Program-made: the position numbers and the translations under genes
Shown here: positions 1 through 10,623 of the stretch, in pieces
Position numbering within the stretch: position 1 is the first letter of the stretch
Layout of the letters: each line of letters starts with the position of its first letter
Notes under the pieces: model-generated
Seen by the model: only the letters and a program-made list of their open reading frames with translations
What the model was told of the DNA's origin: nothing
The model's database searches: none
From: Candidatus Bathyarchaeota archaeon
Lineage (GTDB): Archaea > Thermoproteota > Bathyarchaeia > 40CM-2-53-6 > RBG-13-38-9
Length of the DNA stretch: 64,000 nt
Reading direction: 5' to 3'
Assembly: GCA_963807605.1 (NCBI GenBank)
Contig: CAWECG010000004.1
Span: forward strand, 224,001-288,000

Positions 1-104
1 GTGATCTTGCTCATGACGCGTTCCTTCACTTGTGGAGAAGTCAACAATGCTTGCTCGTTAATATTGCTAGCAGGTCGAGAAGAGATGGTGTTAAGAGAAT
101 ACAG

Positions 105-246
105 TGGTGGGGTCGGCGGGACTTTCATGACAGCGTCAATTTGAACCCGCGACCGCCAGCGTTCTGGGTAGCTCCCCAGGTTCACCGCGCAGTGCTCTGG
201 TATCCTCTTGGCGGTTTAACCCAAGACCAAGCTAGACGACGACCCC
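105..246 (-). tRNA. tRNA-Pro(GGG) with four putative BHB introns (207-223, 181-196, 162-173, 122-139); CCA encoded
   Basis: Minus strand reads GGGGTCG TC GTCT AGCTTGGTCT[17 nt]A GGAT A CCAG[16 nt]C CT-GGG-G[12 nt]C GCTGG CGGTC GCGGG TTCAAA[18 nt]T CCCGC CGACCCC A CCA. Removing the four inserts gives a 79-nt cloverleaf with perfectly paired acceptor, anticodon and T stems. Confidence 0.92.
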
Positions 247-320
247 ACAACCTTAGCTCTATCTGATTCAGTCTCGCGCTAATAAGATCATTTCTCGTCC
301 ACTAACGGGCATGAGCACGC

Positions 321-1781
321 CTATTCCAGACGGAGATCTTTGAAGGTCTCCTTGAACAATCTCGTCAAGTAATCTTCAGTTCGAAAGCCTCTACCCTTGG
401 CTAACATCTTTATGCTCTTGTCAACACCTGTCGAATACTGCATCGCCTTCTTGGGGGTATCAGCAAGCTTCTCGGGCAGACCAAGATCTCTGCAGGCTTT
501 CCTAAGGATACGTTTTCTCAAACCATCGGTCGGGCTTTCAATCTTCATACTGACAGGTATCGAGAGACCATACATGATGAGTTCCCAGTCAGCGAATGGA
601 TGCAGCATCTTCACTCTCTCAGGCGCGGTGGCTTGTTCACATGCCTGATAACTGTCCTTGTGGGCATCTAGAACCCGATGGAAGATAGCGTCTTCGAGAG
701 CCCGCTCTCCGCCCTGCTTTAACACTTTAAGAAATCCATGGTAACCTGCAAAAAGCTCGTCAGCGCCTTGGCCAGTAAACACAGTCGTGACACCACAGCT
801 CTCGGCCAATTTCGCAGACCAAGAGAGAGGAATTGAGACGCCCAACTTCACTTGGTTCGCCTCCTCTATTCGCCAGAGGCATTTCTTCAGTTGTTCCTCG
901 ATCTGGTCCAACTCGTACTCCTTCGTCTCTGCCTTGATCCCTAGAAGTTCCGCTGACCTCATCGCCAACTCTGTTGCAGGGTGCCCCTTGACTCCAACAA
1001 TAAAGGCGCAGGTTTCAATCTCCAGTTTTGACAAGAGGTACGCCGTTATTGAGCTATCTACACCTCCAGAGAAACTGACGCCAACTCTTTTGAGTCCTCG
1101 TGCCCTTTCAGAAATTGACTTGTGCAGTAGTTTGCCTAGTCGCTCAGAGATCTCCGTCGTTTCTCCACGCAGGGTATTCGATGGTGTGATCTGCTTGATC
1201 GGCCACGGGGGACGATTCGGTTGCAGCTTCCATAGGTGACCAGGAGGAAAGATTAGCGTGTTACGTACTCCAAGCCTCCAGAGGCCTTTACTCTCCGTCG
1301 ACACGGCGGAGAGGTTCTCGTCTGAATAGTAATAGAGTGGTTTTAGACCAACAGGGTCCCTTGCTGCAAAGATCTCTCCGTTTGAGAGAACTGCTAGCGT
1401 GTACTGACCGTCGAATTCCGACACAAATCTTGCCAGAGCCTTCTCCGGGGTCTCTTCGGAAAGATACTCAAGCAACTCATCGAACGTTCCTCCGAAATCA
1501 GTGTAATCACTCTCGACGATGATGGAACGATCCTTAGAGGTTCTGGGTTGAGGGAAATCTCTCGGTTGAAGTCTCATTAGATTGTATGCTATTGCTGATC
1601 TAGTGCTTTGCAGCTCATTGAGGTCGCTGAGGTCTTCAGTGAAGAGCGTTTCTCGTTGTGTAGCAACCCCGAATACGTCGTTACCTCTGTGAAGTTGATT
1701 CTTGATCAGCTGGATGAGGAGTGGAACTGCGTCTGTTCCCTCCTTTGTTCTTATCGCGCTTATTGCTCCCATTCGTGTCAA
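321..1781 (-). CDS. Asparagine synthetase B-like protein (Ntn-like N-domain + ATP pyrophosphatase domain)
   Basis: ARDPVGLKPLYY, SFSGGVDSS PP-loop, GQGADELFAGY and PKKAMQY motifs. No N-terminal Cys. Confidence 0.85.
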   Translation of the reverse strand: MTRMGAISAIRTKEGTDAVPLLIQLIKNQLHRGNDVFGVATQRETLFTEDLSDLNELQSTRSAIAYNLMRLQPRDFPQPRTSKDRSIIVESDYTDFGGTFDELLEYLSEETPEKALARFVSEFDGQYTLAVLSNGEIFAARDPVGLKPLYYYSDENLSAVSTESKGLWRLGVRNTLIFPPGHLWKLQPNRPPWPIKQITPSNTLRGETTEISERLGKLLHKSISERARGLKRVGVSFSGGVDSSITAYLLSKLEIETCAFIVGVKGHPATELAMRSAELLGIKAETKEYELDQIEEQLKKCLWRIEEANQVKLGVSIPLSWSAKLAESCGVTTVFTGQGADELFAGYHGFLKVLKQGGERALEDAIFHRVLDAHKDSYQACEQATAPERVKMLHPFADWELIMYGLSIPVSMKIESPTDGLRKRILRKACRDLGLPEKLADTPKKAMQYSTGVDKSIKMLAKGRGFRTEDYLTRLFKETFKDLRLE

Positions 1782-1999
1782 CCCGCAGACCAGGCCTAAA
1801 GCTAGAACCAGACCTCTGGATGATTTAGGCGCTTCTTACCTATACTTACTGCTGCTCATTGGACTGGCATTAGAGAAGCCTACAAGACCCGTTTAGGTGA
1901 AGACTACCGCGCGCTGGGCCGTCCAAAATCCCACCTTGACGGCGTCACGAGTCTGGCTATAGTTAGCCTTTTTTACGACTACAGGTTCTCTCCTTCATT

Positions 2000-2413
2000 A
2001 TGCAGTCATTCAGCATGAAAGATCTCACTCTGCTTCTTGCGCGGATTCTCCTTTCAGCCATCTTTCTTGAGGCTGGTTATGGCAAGATCATAAACCCTGA
2101 TGCCACAATCAAAACAATTGCCGCTCATGAAGTACCCTTCGCAGGTTTCTTTCTAGTCGTTTCAATTGCATTCGAGATCATCGGCGGGTTATCAATCCTG
2201 CTTGGTTACAAAACTCGTTGGGGAGCTCTGGCGTTATTCTTGTACCTAATTCCCGTTACTCTCATCATTCACACTCGCTTCTCCGAAGCAGGCCAGATGA
2301 CCAATTTCATGAAAAACCTGGCGATAATGGGCGGATTTCTAGCAGTAACGAACTGTGGCGCAGGCAATCTGAGTCTGGATTCGCTATTCGCATCTCGAAA
2401 AAAGGTAGAGTAG
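2000..2413 (+). CDS. DoxX family membrane protein
   Basis: LLARILLSAIF..G..KI, EIIGGL, FMKNLAIMGGFL and GAGNLSLD motifs. Confidence 0.9.
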   Translation: MQSFSMKDLTLLLARILLSAIFLEAGYGKIINPDATIKTIAAHEVPFAGFFLVVSIAFEIIGGLSILLGYKTRWGALALFLYLIPVTLIIHTRFSEAGQMTNFMKNLAIMGGFLAVTNCGAGNLSLDSLFASRKKVE

Positions 2414-2626
2414 AAGGCGCTCAAGCAACTCACATCCAAAACCGGTCTAGAGCGACTTCTCATTCATTTGATGAGTGCAGTATTTCGTGTGCCGCTCAGG
2501 CAATACATACTCGGTTTTGAGAGGAGTCTTTTTCTGGCAAAATCGAGGCTGAAGTTCCTTAAGCATTCTTGGCGTTAGGAAATATCAATAAGTCCTAAAG
2601 CTGGACAATATACCCAGAGATATGTT

Positions 2627-3987
2627 ATGGCTATCCTTCCAATAGACACAGGTCGCTACGGCACCGATAAGATGAGAAGTGTCTTTAACGAAGAAAGCAG
2701 ACTCCAGAAGATCCTAACGTCGAAGCCGCCGTCGCATGTGCTCATTCTCAGGTTGGCAACATCCCAAAGGAAGCTGCTGAGGAGATCGTGCAGAAGGCGA
2801 ATACCCGCTACGTGAAGCTGGAGCGATGCAAAGACATCGACCGACAGATCAATCACGATCTAATGGCAGTCGTGAAGGCTCTCACAGAGGTCTGCTCGCC
2901 ATCAGCCGCCAGATGGGTACATTTTGGTCTCACCAGCGCAGACGTAGAGGATACTGCCTACGCCTTGCAGTTTAAAGAGGCACTTGCACTCGTTGAAGAC
3001 GGCCTAGTCACTCTTGAGAGGCTCTTGATGGGTCTTGTTGAGAAGTATCGATCTACGATTATGACTGGCAGAACTCACGGCCAACATATGGCAGCAATGA
3101 CCCTCGGTCTTAAACTGGCGGTTTGGATGAGGGAGATCTCACGACACCTAAGAAGACTGACTCAAACGAAAGAAAGAGTTCTCGTCGGAAAGGTAATGGG
3201 GGCTATAGGTACAGGGGCTGGCCTCGGTGAGCACGCCATCAAGATTCAGAGTATTGCGGTTGCAAGGCTTGGATTGAAGCCGGCTGATATGGTGACCCAA
3301 GTCATCCAACGGGATCTTCATGCGGAACTTATCTCGACACTAACGTTGATCGGCTCAAGCTTAGACAAGTTCGCTCTTGAGATACGCAATCTCCAGAGAA
3401 CCGAGATAATGGAGGTGATGGAACCCTTCAAAGTCGACAGTCAAGTTGGAAGCTCAGCCATGCCAGCAAAGAGAAACCCGATCAAATCAGAAAGGATATG
3501 CAGCTTAGCAAAACTCATGCGAGGGCTGCTCATTCCTGCCTACGAAAATATCCCACTATGGCATGAACGTGATCTTACGAACTCCGCAAATGAGCGCTTC
3601 ATATTTGCCATGGCCTTCATCCTCCTCGACGAGATGATCTCGTGTATGAATAACATTCTAGCCGGTCTGAGCGTTTATCCTGATAATATGAAGAGAAATC
3701 TCGCCATTACAGGAGGTCTTCTCGTGTCTGAGAATATTGTAAAGACACTCGTCGAGAGAGGCATGGGAAGACAGGAAGCTCACGAGACTGTTAGAAGGTG
3801 TTCCATGGAAGCTATCGCAGAGAGAAAACCATTCTCCGATGTCCTCGCTAAGGAACGCCAAGTAACAGGCCTGATCCCTGCAAGAGAGATCTCGGAGTTG
3901 CTGGACTACTCTAGGTATCTGGGCGTGACCCAGAAACTCATAGACAATGCCCTAGCCTCAACTCAGAGTGAGCTTGCCGTTCACTAG
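2627..3987 (+). CDS. purB: Adenylosuccinate lyase, with a 1-nt frameshift near 2716
   Basis: N-terminus MAILPIDTGRYG...LQKIL continues in the -1 frame as VEAAVACAH. HDLMA, GRTHGQH and GSSAMPAKRNP signatures are present. Confidence 0.9.
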
Positions 3988-4163
3988 GATGACTTACCCT
4001 GGCTGAAACAACGATTGAGAAATGAAGACAAGAGCATCCTCGGGACACAGAAACTCATAGTCAGAGCATGGGATAGACCATAAATGAAGGGCCAAACACA
4101 CACGTGTGAAACGCCCAAGACATTCATACCATTGGAGTTCTGAAGATCAGCCATCCCGCTACT

Positions 4164-6410
4164 CTAGTATTCTGTCATAAACTTCTGTTCGTCAAACGTC
4201 TCGCCCTTCTTTAGGGCCTCCCATTCCTCAGCTTTCAGCTTCCCTCCGACCTGGTCCTTGATCTTTTTGGCCACGATTGTTCCAATGGTCGGCACGGCGA
4301 TTAGCGAGCTAAGACTTGCCTTCTTCAGGTCGGCTAGGGTTTGGAACCCATTATTATAGAGCATTCTGGCTCGAACCCGCCCCACACCTTCAAGTTGGAC
4401 GAGCTCAATCAATTCCTCCTTGATTCCGCCCTGAATTCGCGTCCTGAGCTTGTCAAGTCTCTTCAAGAGATCTTTATGTTGGAAGAGTTTCGCGAGTTCG
4501 TCAGTGGCGTAGAATAGCCAGTCAGCAGTCTGGGTCAACCTTAAGAGATCTCCGGGCTCAACATTATGATTTCTCAGAAGATCTTCTTCACTTGTCTCCT
4601 CAATCCAACTTGCCAAGACCGCGACGCACTTTAACTCGGAGAGAAATTCTTCGTAATCATACTCGTATGAGAGCATTGCACTCCATAGTTCAGGTTGTTT
4701 AAAGATGAGCTCCTCTGAATGCTCCCTGGCGTAAGCGCCTAGTTTTTCAGATTCCTTGCCGCGTGGATGAAGTTTGGGGAAGATATCTGGGGTATGAGAG
4801 ATGAGCTGCAGAAGGCTAAGCTCCGTGAGTCTGGTAGGTCTATTATAAAGGCCATCTCTGATGATGACGGCTGAGAGTGGGTCGATGTAAAGTTCGGAGA
4901 CTCTCCTGCCGAACTTGGTGGCAGATAAGTTTCTCGTCTCGATCTCGATCATCTCTTCTTTTACTAGAAACTCAAGGATCTTTCCAACCTTGGATCTCAG
5001 CATCTTCAAATCGTATTGTTGAGCGTGGAATGTTCGGGAAAAGAAGTTGTAAAGGCTCTCTTCAGTATGTGCAAATCCAGTTGCGATGGTGGAGAGCACG
5101 TGTGGCCTGAGAACTCTCTCAACTGAGAGCTTAGACCATATCTTCTCGGGATCTGCACAGACGTAGCTTTCCATAAGGTGTTCTTGCTCGTCAGTGGTCT
5201 TTGCGATCAGGATTGCTTCTCCAAACTTGTCATACCGTGGCCTGCCCGCTCTGCCGCAGAGCTGCTTGTACTCGAGGACCGATATGGGATAGCTTCCGTA
5301 TCCCGCCTCGTATCTGTGGTAGCTACTTATCAGGACGGCCCGAGCTGGTAGGTTGACTCCTGCTGCAAGCGTTGGTGTAGCGGCTAGTATTTTGATCAGG
5401 CCGGCTTTGAATGAGTCTTCAATCAGTCTTCTGTGGACTCCGGCGAGTCCAGCGTGGTGGAAGGCTGCCCCAGATGAAACCTGATCCGCTAGGAATTCGC
5501 TCAGTCTCGTCTTTTCACCGGAGGCCAGTATCTTCTGAGCCAACAGCTTAAGGCTACGTCTCTGGGTGTTAGACAATTTTCCGGAGAGGGCAGCTGCCGC
5601 TTTCTTGCCGTTTTCTACTGCGGCGCGCCGGGTCTCGGCGAAGATGAGAACTTGTCCTCCACCACCTATCACATCTAGAGCAATGTCAAGTATCGGTTTG
5701 CCAGTGTCTTCGGGGATTCTTCTCGCTGAGCCGTCTTTGAACTGGATCTCGCCGCCGTAGTATACCCCCTCTTTCAGAGGGATTGGTCTCCACTCAGTTG
5801 TTATGGGTGCGCCTCTGATCCATCTCGCGACATCGTCAGCATTTTTGACAGTGGCACTCAACGCCAGTAACTGCGCTTTTGGGTTTAGTTCCATCAGTTT
5901 TGTAAGTGTGACTTCCAGTGTAGGTCCTCTGTCTTGGTCTGTCAGCAGATGTATCTCGTCGGCAACGACTGTCCTGACTTCGCTCATCCACGGCGTCTTA
6001 TGTCTGAGGAGGCTGTCTACCTTTTCATTTGTTGAGATGATTATATCATATCTGCCCAGCCATTCGTCTGAGCTGTCGTAGTCGCCCGTGGAGGTCGCGA
6101 TTCTCAGTCTGCTACCGTCTGGTTTCCTAAGTTCTGTGTATTTCTGGAACTCTTCATATTTCTCTCGAGCCAAGGCGCGCAGTGGAGTGAGATACAGGCC
6201 TTTGCCCATTGACTTTAGTGTGTTGTTTAGAATGCAGAGTTCGGCGACAAGCGTTTTGCCACTGGCAGTCGGACTCGCAAGAACTACATTTTTTCCTTCA
6301 AGCACTCCAGCAGTGATCGCTTCTTCCTGAGGTGGATATAGTGAACCATAACCTGCCTTGAGAAGGATCTCCTTCACTGCTTCAGAGATATCGAGTTCAG
6401 TAACTCTCAA
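4164..6410 (-). CDS. hel308: Ski2-like SF2 DNA helicase Hel308/Hjm
   Basis: PTASGKT, DEIH, LSAT, TPTLAAGVNLPA and GRAGRP motifs, plus C-terminal HhH (GVGRVRAR). Confidence 0.93.
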   Translation of the reverse strand: MRVTELDISEAVKEILLKAGYGSLYPPQEEAITAGVLEGKNVVLASPTASGKTLVAELCILNNTLKSMGKGLYLTPLRALAREKYEEFQKYTELRKPDGSRLRIATSTGDYDSSDEWLGRYDIIISTNEKVDSLLRHKTPWMSEVRTVVADEIHLLTDQDRGPTLEVTLTKLMELNPKAQLLALSATVKNADDVARWIRGAPITTEWRPIPLKEGVYYGGEIQFKDGSARRIPEDTGKPILDIALDVIGGGGQVLIFAETRRAAVENGKKAAAALSGKLSNTQRRSLKLLAQKILASGEKTRLSEFLADQVSSGAAFHHAGLAGVHRRLIEDSFKAGLIKILAATPTLAAGVNLPARAVLISSYHRYEAGYGSYPISVLEYKQLCGRAGRPRYDKFGEAILIAKTTDEQEHLMESYVCADPEKIWSKLSVERVLRPHVLSTIATGFAHTEESLYNFFSRTFHAQQYDLKMLRSKVGKILEFLVKEEMIEIETRNLSATKFGRRVSELYIDPLSAVIIRDGLYNRPTRLTELSLLQLISHTPDIFPKLHPRGKESEKLGAYAREHSEELIFKQPELWSAMLSYEYDYEEFLSELKCVAVLASWIEETSEEDLLRNHNVEPGDLLRLTQTADWLFYATDELAKLFQHKDLLKRLDKLRTRIQGGIKEELIELVQLEGVGRVRARMLYNNGFQTLADLKKASLSSLIAVPTIGTIVAKKIKDQVGGKLKAEEWEALKKGETFDEQKFMTEY

Positions 6411-6473
6411 TTCATTTTCCGCGCAAAAAACGTTGTCAAAAGTCCTCTCAGATTTTCTTGGAGATGTCTCGGC

Positions 6474-8573
6474 CTAGACAGAGGTACCTGCGGTCCTTTT
6501 GACCTTGCCATCCTCTGGTGAATAGATCACTCCGTCTTTTATCAGTCGGCTCACAATCATTTTTGCCTGCTCTTCGCTCATCGACTTCTTCTCCTGAAGA
6601 GCCTCGTATAATTTGGTCTCTTCTACTGTGCCTGTCTCTTTCTCCATCTCAGCAATAAGGTCGAGGATGTCCTTCATCCTATCCACAAGGCTCTTGGGCT
6701 TTCCTGTCATGATGACGTCGATGTCGATCCTTCCAGTACTGGTGTCAATTCCCACATCTTGGAGCGAGACCGTCATCAGTCTGATTATTGCTCTGGAATC
6801 TTCCACAGTCACCTTATCCCTCAAGTAGGCTTTTGATCTGGCCTCGCAAAGTCTGATGAGTGCCTCGAGTTGCCTTGGAGTTATCGCTATAGGTGATTCT
6901 GTGGCGGCGCCTGAGCCTGCCCTCATCTTCAGGTAAAAATCCTTAAGCTCAGCAGCCGCCTCATCTGTAAGAGTTGTCTTAATCTTCTTAGCGTAGCTGA
7001 TGTATTTTCTGAGAAGGTCCGGAGGGAGAGGCGCGGCGTCTGCAGTAGCCCGCATTCTGTGGAGTGTGAGGATATGTTCAGACATCCTGCTGTCGATTTC
7101 AATCTCAGGGATGTCACGCATCACGAAGATCAGGTCAAATCTTGAAAGAATGGTTACTGGAAGGTTGATGTTCTCGTTGATATTCCGGTAGGGGTCATAG
7201 CGTCCTAGGGATGGATTTGCCGCTGCGAGGATCGAGTCTCTAGCGTTAAGTGTTGCAACGATTCCGCCTTTTGCGATGCTTATAGTCTGTTGCTCCATCG
7301 CTTCATGGATTGCCACACGGTCATCTGGTTTCATCTTATCTATCTCGTCTATCGAACAGACTCCACGATCGGCAAGGACTAATGCACCTGCTTCCAAAAC
7401 CATTCCCCCGGTCTTCTCCCTGACAACAGCCGCTGTCAGCCCGGCTGCTGTCGATCCTCTACCACTAGTGTAGAGGCCTCTCGGCGCAACCCTTGAGACA
7501 TACTGCAGCAGTTGACTCTTCGCTGTTCCCGGGTCGCCCACCAAGAGTATGTTTATGTCCCCCCTAATGGTTATGCCATCGGGAAGCCTCTTCGGCACCC
7601 CGCCGAAGAGAAGATAGAGAATAGCTTCCTTCATGTCGTCGTAGCCGTAGATCGAAGGAGCTATCGACATGATGAGTTTACGATGTATCCACGGATCCTT
7701 TGAAAATTCAAGGATCTTCTGTTCTTCCTCAGGGGTTATCTCAACAACCTCAACCTCTTTTCCAGAGACCTCGACGTGATTAGCATCCATATAGAGGTTG
7801 AAGGTTCGAAGTCTTCCCTTCCTGCCTATGTACTCCTGCTCGGCTCTAACAATACCCGTGACTGTTACCCGATCCCCCGGCCTGGCGACATCGGCAAGGT
7901 CTTCCAAGACCCGTACGTCCATAGACCTAGGAAGTTGTCCGGGCGGCAGATCCTCAGGACGCTCCTGTAATCGGATCTCTTGAGAGTTCACATAGCTCGA
8001 TTCTTTCTCTTTGAAATCTAGAAACTTGCCCCTGCATCCAGGTCTAGGGCATGAGGTGGGCCCCTTCATGAAGAGACCTTTCTGGTCAACATGAACAGTA
8101 GCTCTGCATCTTCTACACTCAAACGCTGCTTTGGTAAGGTAAGGTTTTACCTGTGAGGCTCTGACTACAATTCCGTCCACTGAAATGAATCTGCCTAGGT
8201 GTTGGGAACCGACTTCCCTTAGTGATATTCGATTGGGCTCGAGAAGACCACGAAGCCTAGCAATGAAGTTCTTCGTACTCTCAGCATAGTCTGGATCTTC
8301 TATCTTCATCTGTGCCCAGATGGCTCTGTTGCAGTAATCCAAGTACTCCTCTGGGTTGGTGATGAGCTCCTGAGCGAACTGGCGATCGAATGCGATAAGA
8401 TCCTCAAATTCTATAGTCATTGCTTTTGAATTTGAGATCGCCATCTGCGATATGCGTCGCCTGTACTTTTCCTTGGAGTCAACCCTGAAGTCCTTGAGGA
8501 AGCTCTGGAATCTTTGTTCAGGACTTTTCTCGCTCACTTTTGCTCCTCCAGAGATAGAACCTTCTGCCTCCAT
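6474..8573 (-). CDS. mcm: Replicative helicase MCM (no intein)
   Basis: Zn finger CRRC...CPRPGC, GDPGTAKSQ Walker A, IDEIDKM Walker B and SRFD Arg finger. Confidence 0.97.
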   Translation of the reverse strand: MEAEGSISGGAKVSEKSPEQRFQSFLKDFRVDSKEKYRRRISQMAISNSKAMTIEFEDLIAFDRQFAQELITNPEEYLDYCNRAIWAQMKIEDPDYAESTKNFIARLRGLLEPNRISLREVGSQHLGRFISVDGIVVRASQVKPYLTKAAFECRRCRATVHVDQKGLFMKGPTSCPRPGCRGKFLDFKEKESSYVNSQEIRLQERPEDLPPGQLPRSMDVRVLEDLADVARPGDRVTVTGIVRAEQEYIGRKGRLRTFNLYMDANHVEVSGKEVEVVEITPEEEQKILEFSKDPWIHRKLIMSIAPSIYGYDDMKEAILYLLFGGVPKRLPDGITIRGDINILLVGDPGTAKSQLLQYVSRVAPRGLYTSGRGSTAAGLTAAVVREKTGGMVLEAGALVLADRGVCSIDEIDKMKPDDRVAIHEAMEQQTISIAKGGIVATLNARDSILAAANPSLGRYDPYRNINENINLPVTILSRFDLIFVMRDIPEIEIDSRMSEHILTLHRMRATADAAPLPPDLLRKYISYAKKIKTTLTDEAAAELKDFYLKMRAGSGAATESPIAITPRQLEALIRLCEARSKAYLRDKVTVEDSRAIIRLMTVSLQDVGIDTSTGRIDIDVIMTGKPKSLVDRMKDILDLIAEMEKETGTVEETKLYEALQEKKSMSEEQAKMIVSRLIKDGVIYSPEDGKVKRTAGTSV

Positions 8574-9111
8574 TCACTAACTATGGCGCTGAGTTGGTTA
8601 TAGAGTGCTCTCTCCTCCGCTGTCATCTTTTGGAGATTTGTCTCTCTTTGTGGAGGCGCTGCAGCCAGATGCAGTATCTTCTGTACTCGACAATTGACTA
8701 TGTCTTTGAATTGGCTCTGGGCTTTGTCAAGCTCGACTTTTCTTGACGGTTCGCGATTGGACTCTTCTGTTAGGTCGTCAATTAGGCGTCTCAATTTGTA
8801 GTAGAAGTCGTATTCCATTGGGGGGATCTCTTGGAACTGGGGATGGATTCCCTCCAGTGGATCTTGGATAGTGTAGACATTTCAAGTGGTTCACGTTCGA
8901 GGAGCTTGACTATCATTTCCTTGGCCAATTCCTTGGCCATCCAGCTTGGCACCTCGACCTCCTCCCCCTCTTTCAACGGGCCGAATTTTTCACCACCAAG
9001 GAACAATTCGGGCGAGTCGTGGAGAACTCTAACTTTTACGGGCGAGGAATCTAGATCTAGTTCAATGTCGGTTACTGACAAAATCGATTCACGTAGGATC
9101 CGTATGTGCAC
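8534..9111 (-). CDS. GINS complex subunit (Gins23/Psf2-like), frameshifted near 8830
   Basis: Two ORFs join into one protein. The B-domain (GPLKEGEEVEVPSWMAKEL) is followed by the helical A-domain (DFYYKLRR...RVQKI...MTAEERALY). It lies immediately upstream of mcm, as in TACK archaea. Start is uncertain. Confidence 0.8.
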
Positions 9112-9791
9112 CCTAATGGACTTTCACGCAAGAAAATAAACATTGAGAACAATCGTAATAGCTTTCGTGGTAGCGGACGGTGATGAGCGTAACAGACGTG
9201 TTTATTCTCCGTCAGTTGATGCATATTAAAGTAAAGTTCGTCGAAGCGCGTGTATTCCTTCTTTCTTGTTTTCACGAAGCTCTTACATGCCTTCAAGGAG
9301 GTCAAACATTGCGCCGTGCAATTCCATACTTCCATGTGCATGCCTTGTGCGTGCGCCTAGTAAGGACGGATCAAGCGCCAGCCACACAAGAGTCCTAGCG
9401 TGTATCGTGGTAATCGTGTCGTGCGACACACATTCCAACAGTTTGGATAAAAAGGTCAGTGGCATTAATCTCTGCGCTATGATGTCATTAGTAAAGCCCC
9501 AACACAACTAGTTGGATTCCCTGTCATGCCTCCCTACGCGGGCCATCTCTGCGTGTCAATAGCTTGAAGCGTACGTAGGCGTAATGGCATAACCCTGTCC
9601 TTCCGTCCTACTTTTCCTGTAGTTTCTTATCTTCATTGGATTAGGATGAGCCAAGATTTTGATAGAACAAAATGCTTTTTTGGAGGAGAGCGGACTTTTT
9701 TGTCTCACGCGAGAGTGTAATAAGCCTTATTTCGTTAGTAGGCTATTCTGGCGCTATACCTCGGAGCCGAGGTGCCCAACGGTTTTCAATT

Positions 9792-10619
9792 ATGACCTTG
9801 ATCCTCGAAAAGAAAGAGCTGGGGCCTAGCATCAAATCTTACACTTTGCTATCGCCCTTGATCGCTAAGAAGCAGAAACCTGGCCAATTCATAGTCCTAA
9901 GAGTCTCAGAAGAGGGCGAGAGGATTCCCCTAACCATCGCTGACGCCGACCCTGAAAAGGGAACCATAAGAATTGTTTTCCAGGAAGTTGGCCGGACGAC
10001 AAAGCAGCTTGGGAAATTAAATGAAGGGCAGGAAATAGCCGATTTGGTCGGCCCTTTAGGCCACGCCTCCGAAATTCGACCTTTTGGGACAGTAGTTATT
10101 GTTGCGGGGGGCGTGGGAATAGCAGAGGCGTATCCTATAGCTAGGGCTTTGAGAGCTGTGGGGAACAAGGTTGTCACAATACTTGGGGCAAGGCAGAAAG
10201 AGCTGTTGATACTGGTGGAGGAAATAAGCAGAGTCAGTGATGAACTCCTGACTATTACAGATGATGGTTCAAGCGGTCGGAAAGGACTGGTAACCGATCA
10301 ACTCAAAGATATCCTGGAAAGGGGGGCGGTCATTGATCGGGTAATGGCAATCGGACCAACTATCATGATGAAGGCCGTGTCTGAGTTGACCAAGAAGTAT
10401 AGCGTAGCCACGGTTGTAAGTCTGAATCCGATAATGATCGACGCCACTGGGATGTGTGGTGCATGCAGGGTCTCTGTAGGTGGTGAGACAAAATTCACAT
10501 GTGTAGACGGTCCGGAGTTTGATGGACACAAAGTCGACTTCGACCTTCTTCTCTCCCGACTCAGCATGTACAAAGACAAAGAGAAGGTCTCAGACCATAA
10601 ATGCAAATTGGAGAATTGA
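9792..10619 (+). CDS. nfnA: NfnA/SudB: FAD/[2Fe-2S] subunit of NADH-dependent ferredoxin:NADP+ oxidoreductase
   Basis: KPGQF..ERIPLTI, GPLG, GGVG and DATGMCGACRV...CVDGPEFD motifs. Likely start is ATG 9792. Confidence 0.88.
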   Translation: MTLILEKKELGPSIKSYTLLSPLIAKKQKPGQFIVLRVSEEGERIPLTIADADPEKGTIRIVFQEVGRTTKQLGKLNEGQEIADLVGPLGHASEIRPFGTVVIVAGGVGIAEAYPIARALRAVGNKVVTILGARQKELLILVEEISRVSDELLTITDDGSSGRKGLVTDQLKDILERGAVIDRVMAIGPTIMMKAVSELTKKYSVATVVSLNPIMIDATGMCGACRVSVGGETKFTCVDGPEFDGHKVDFDLLLSRLSMYKDKEKVSDHKCKLEN

Positions 10620-10623
10620 TTAA

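Noticed and set aside
30-266. 78-aa ORF on the + strand
   Set aside because: It is the antisense shadow of the intron-containing tRNA-Pro gene.
9112-9790. Replication origin or small genes between gins and nfnA
   Set aside because: No ORB-like repeats or cdc6 are visible, and the short overlapping ORFs have no recognisable motifs.
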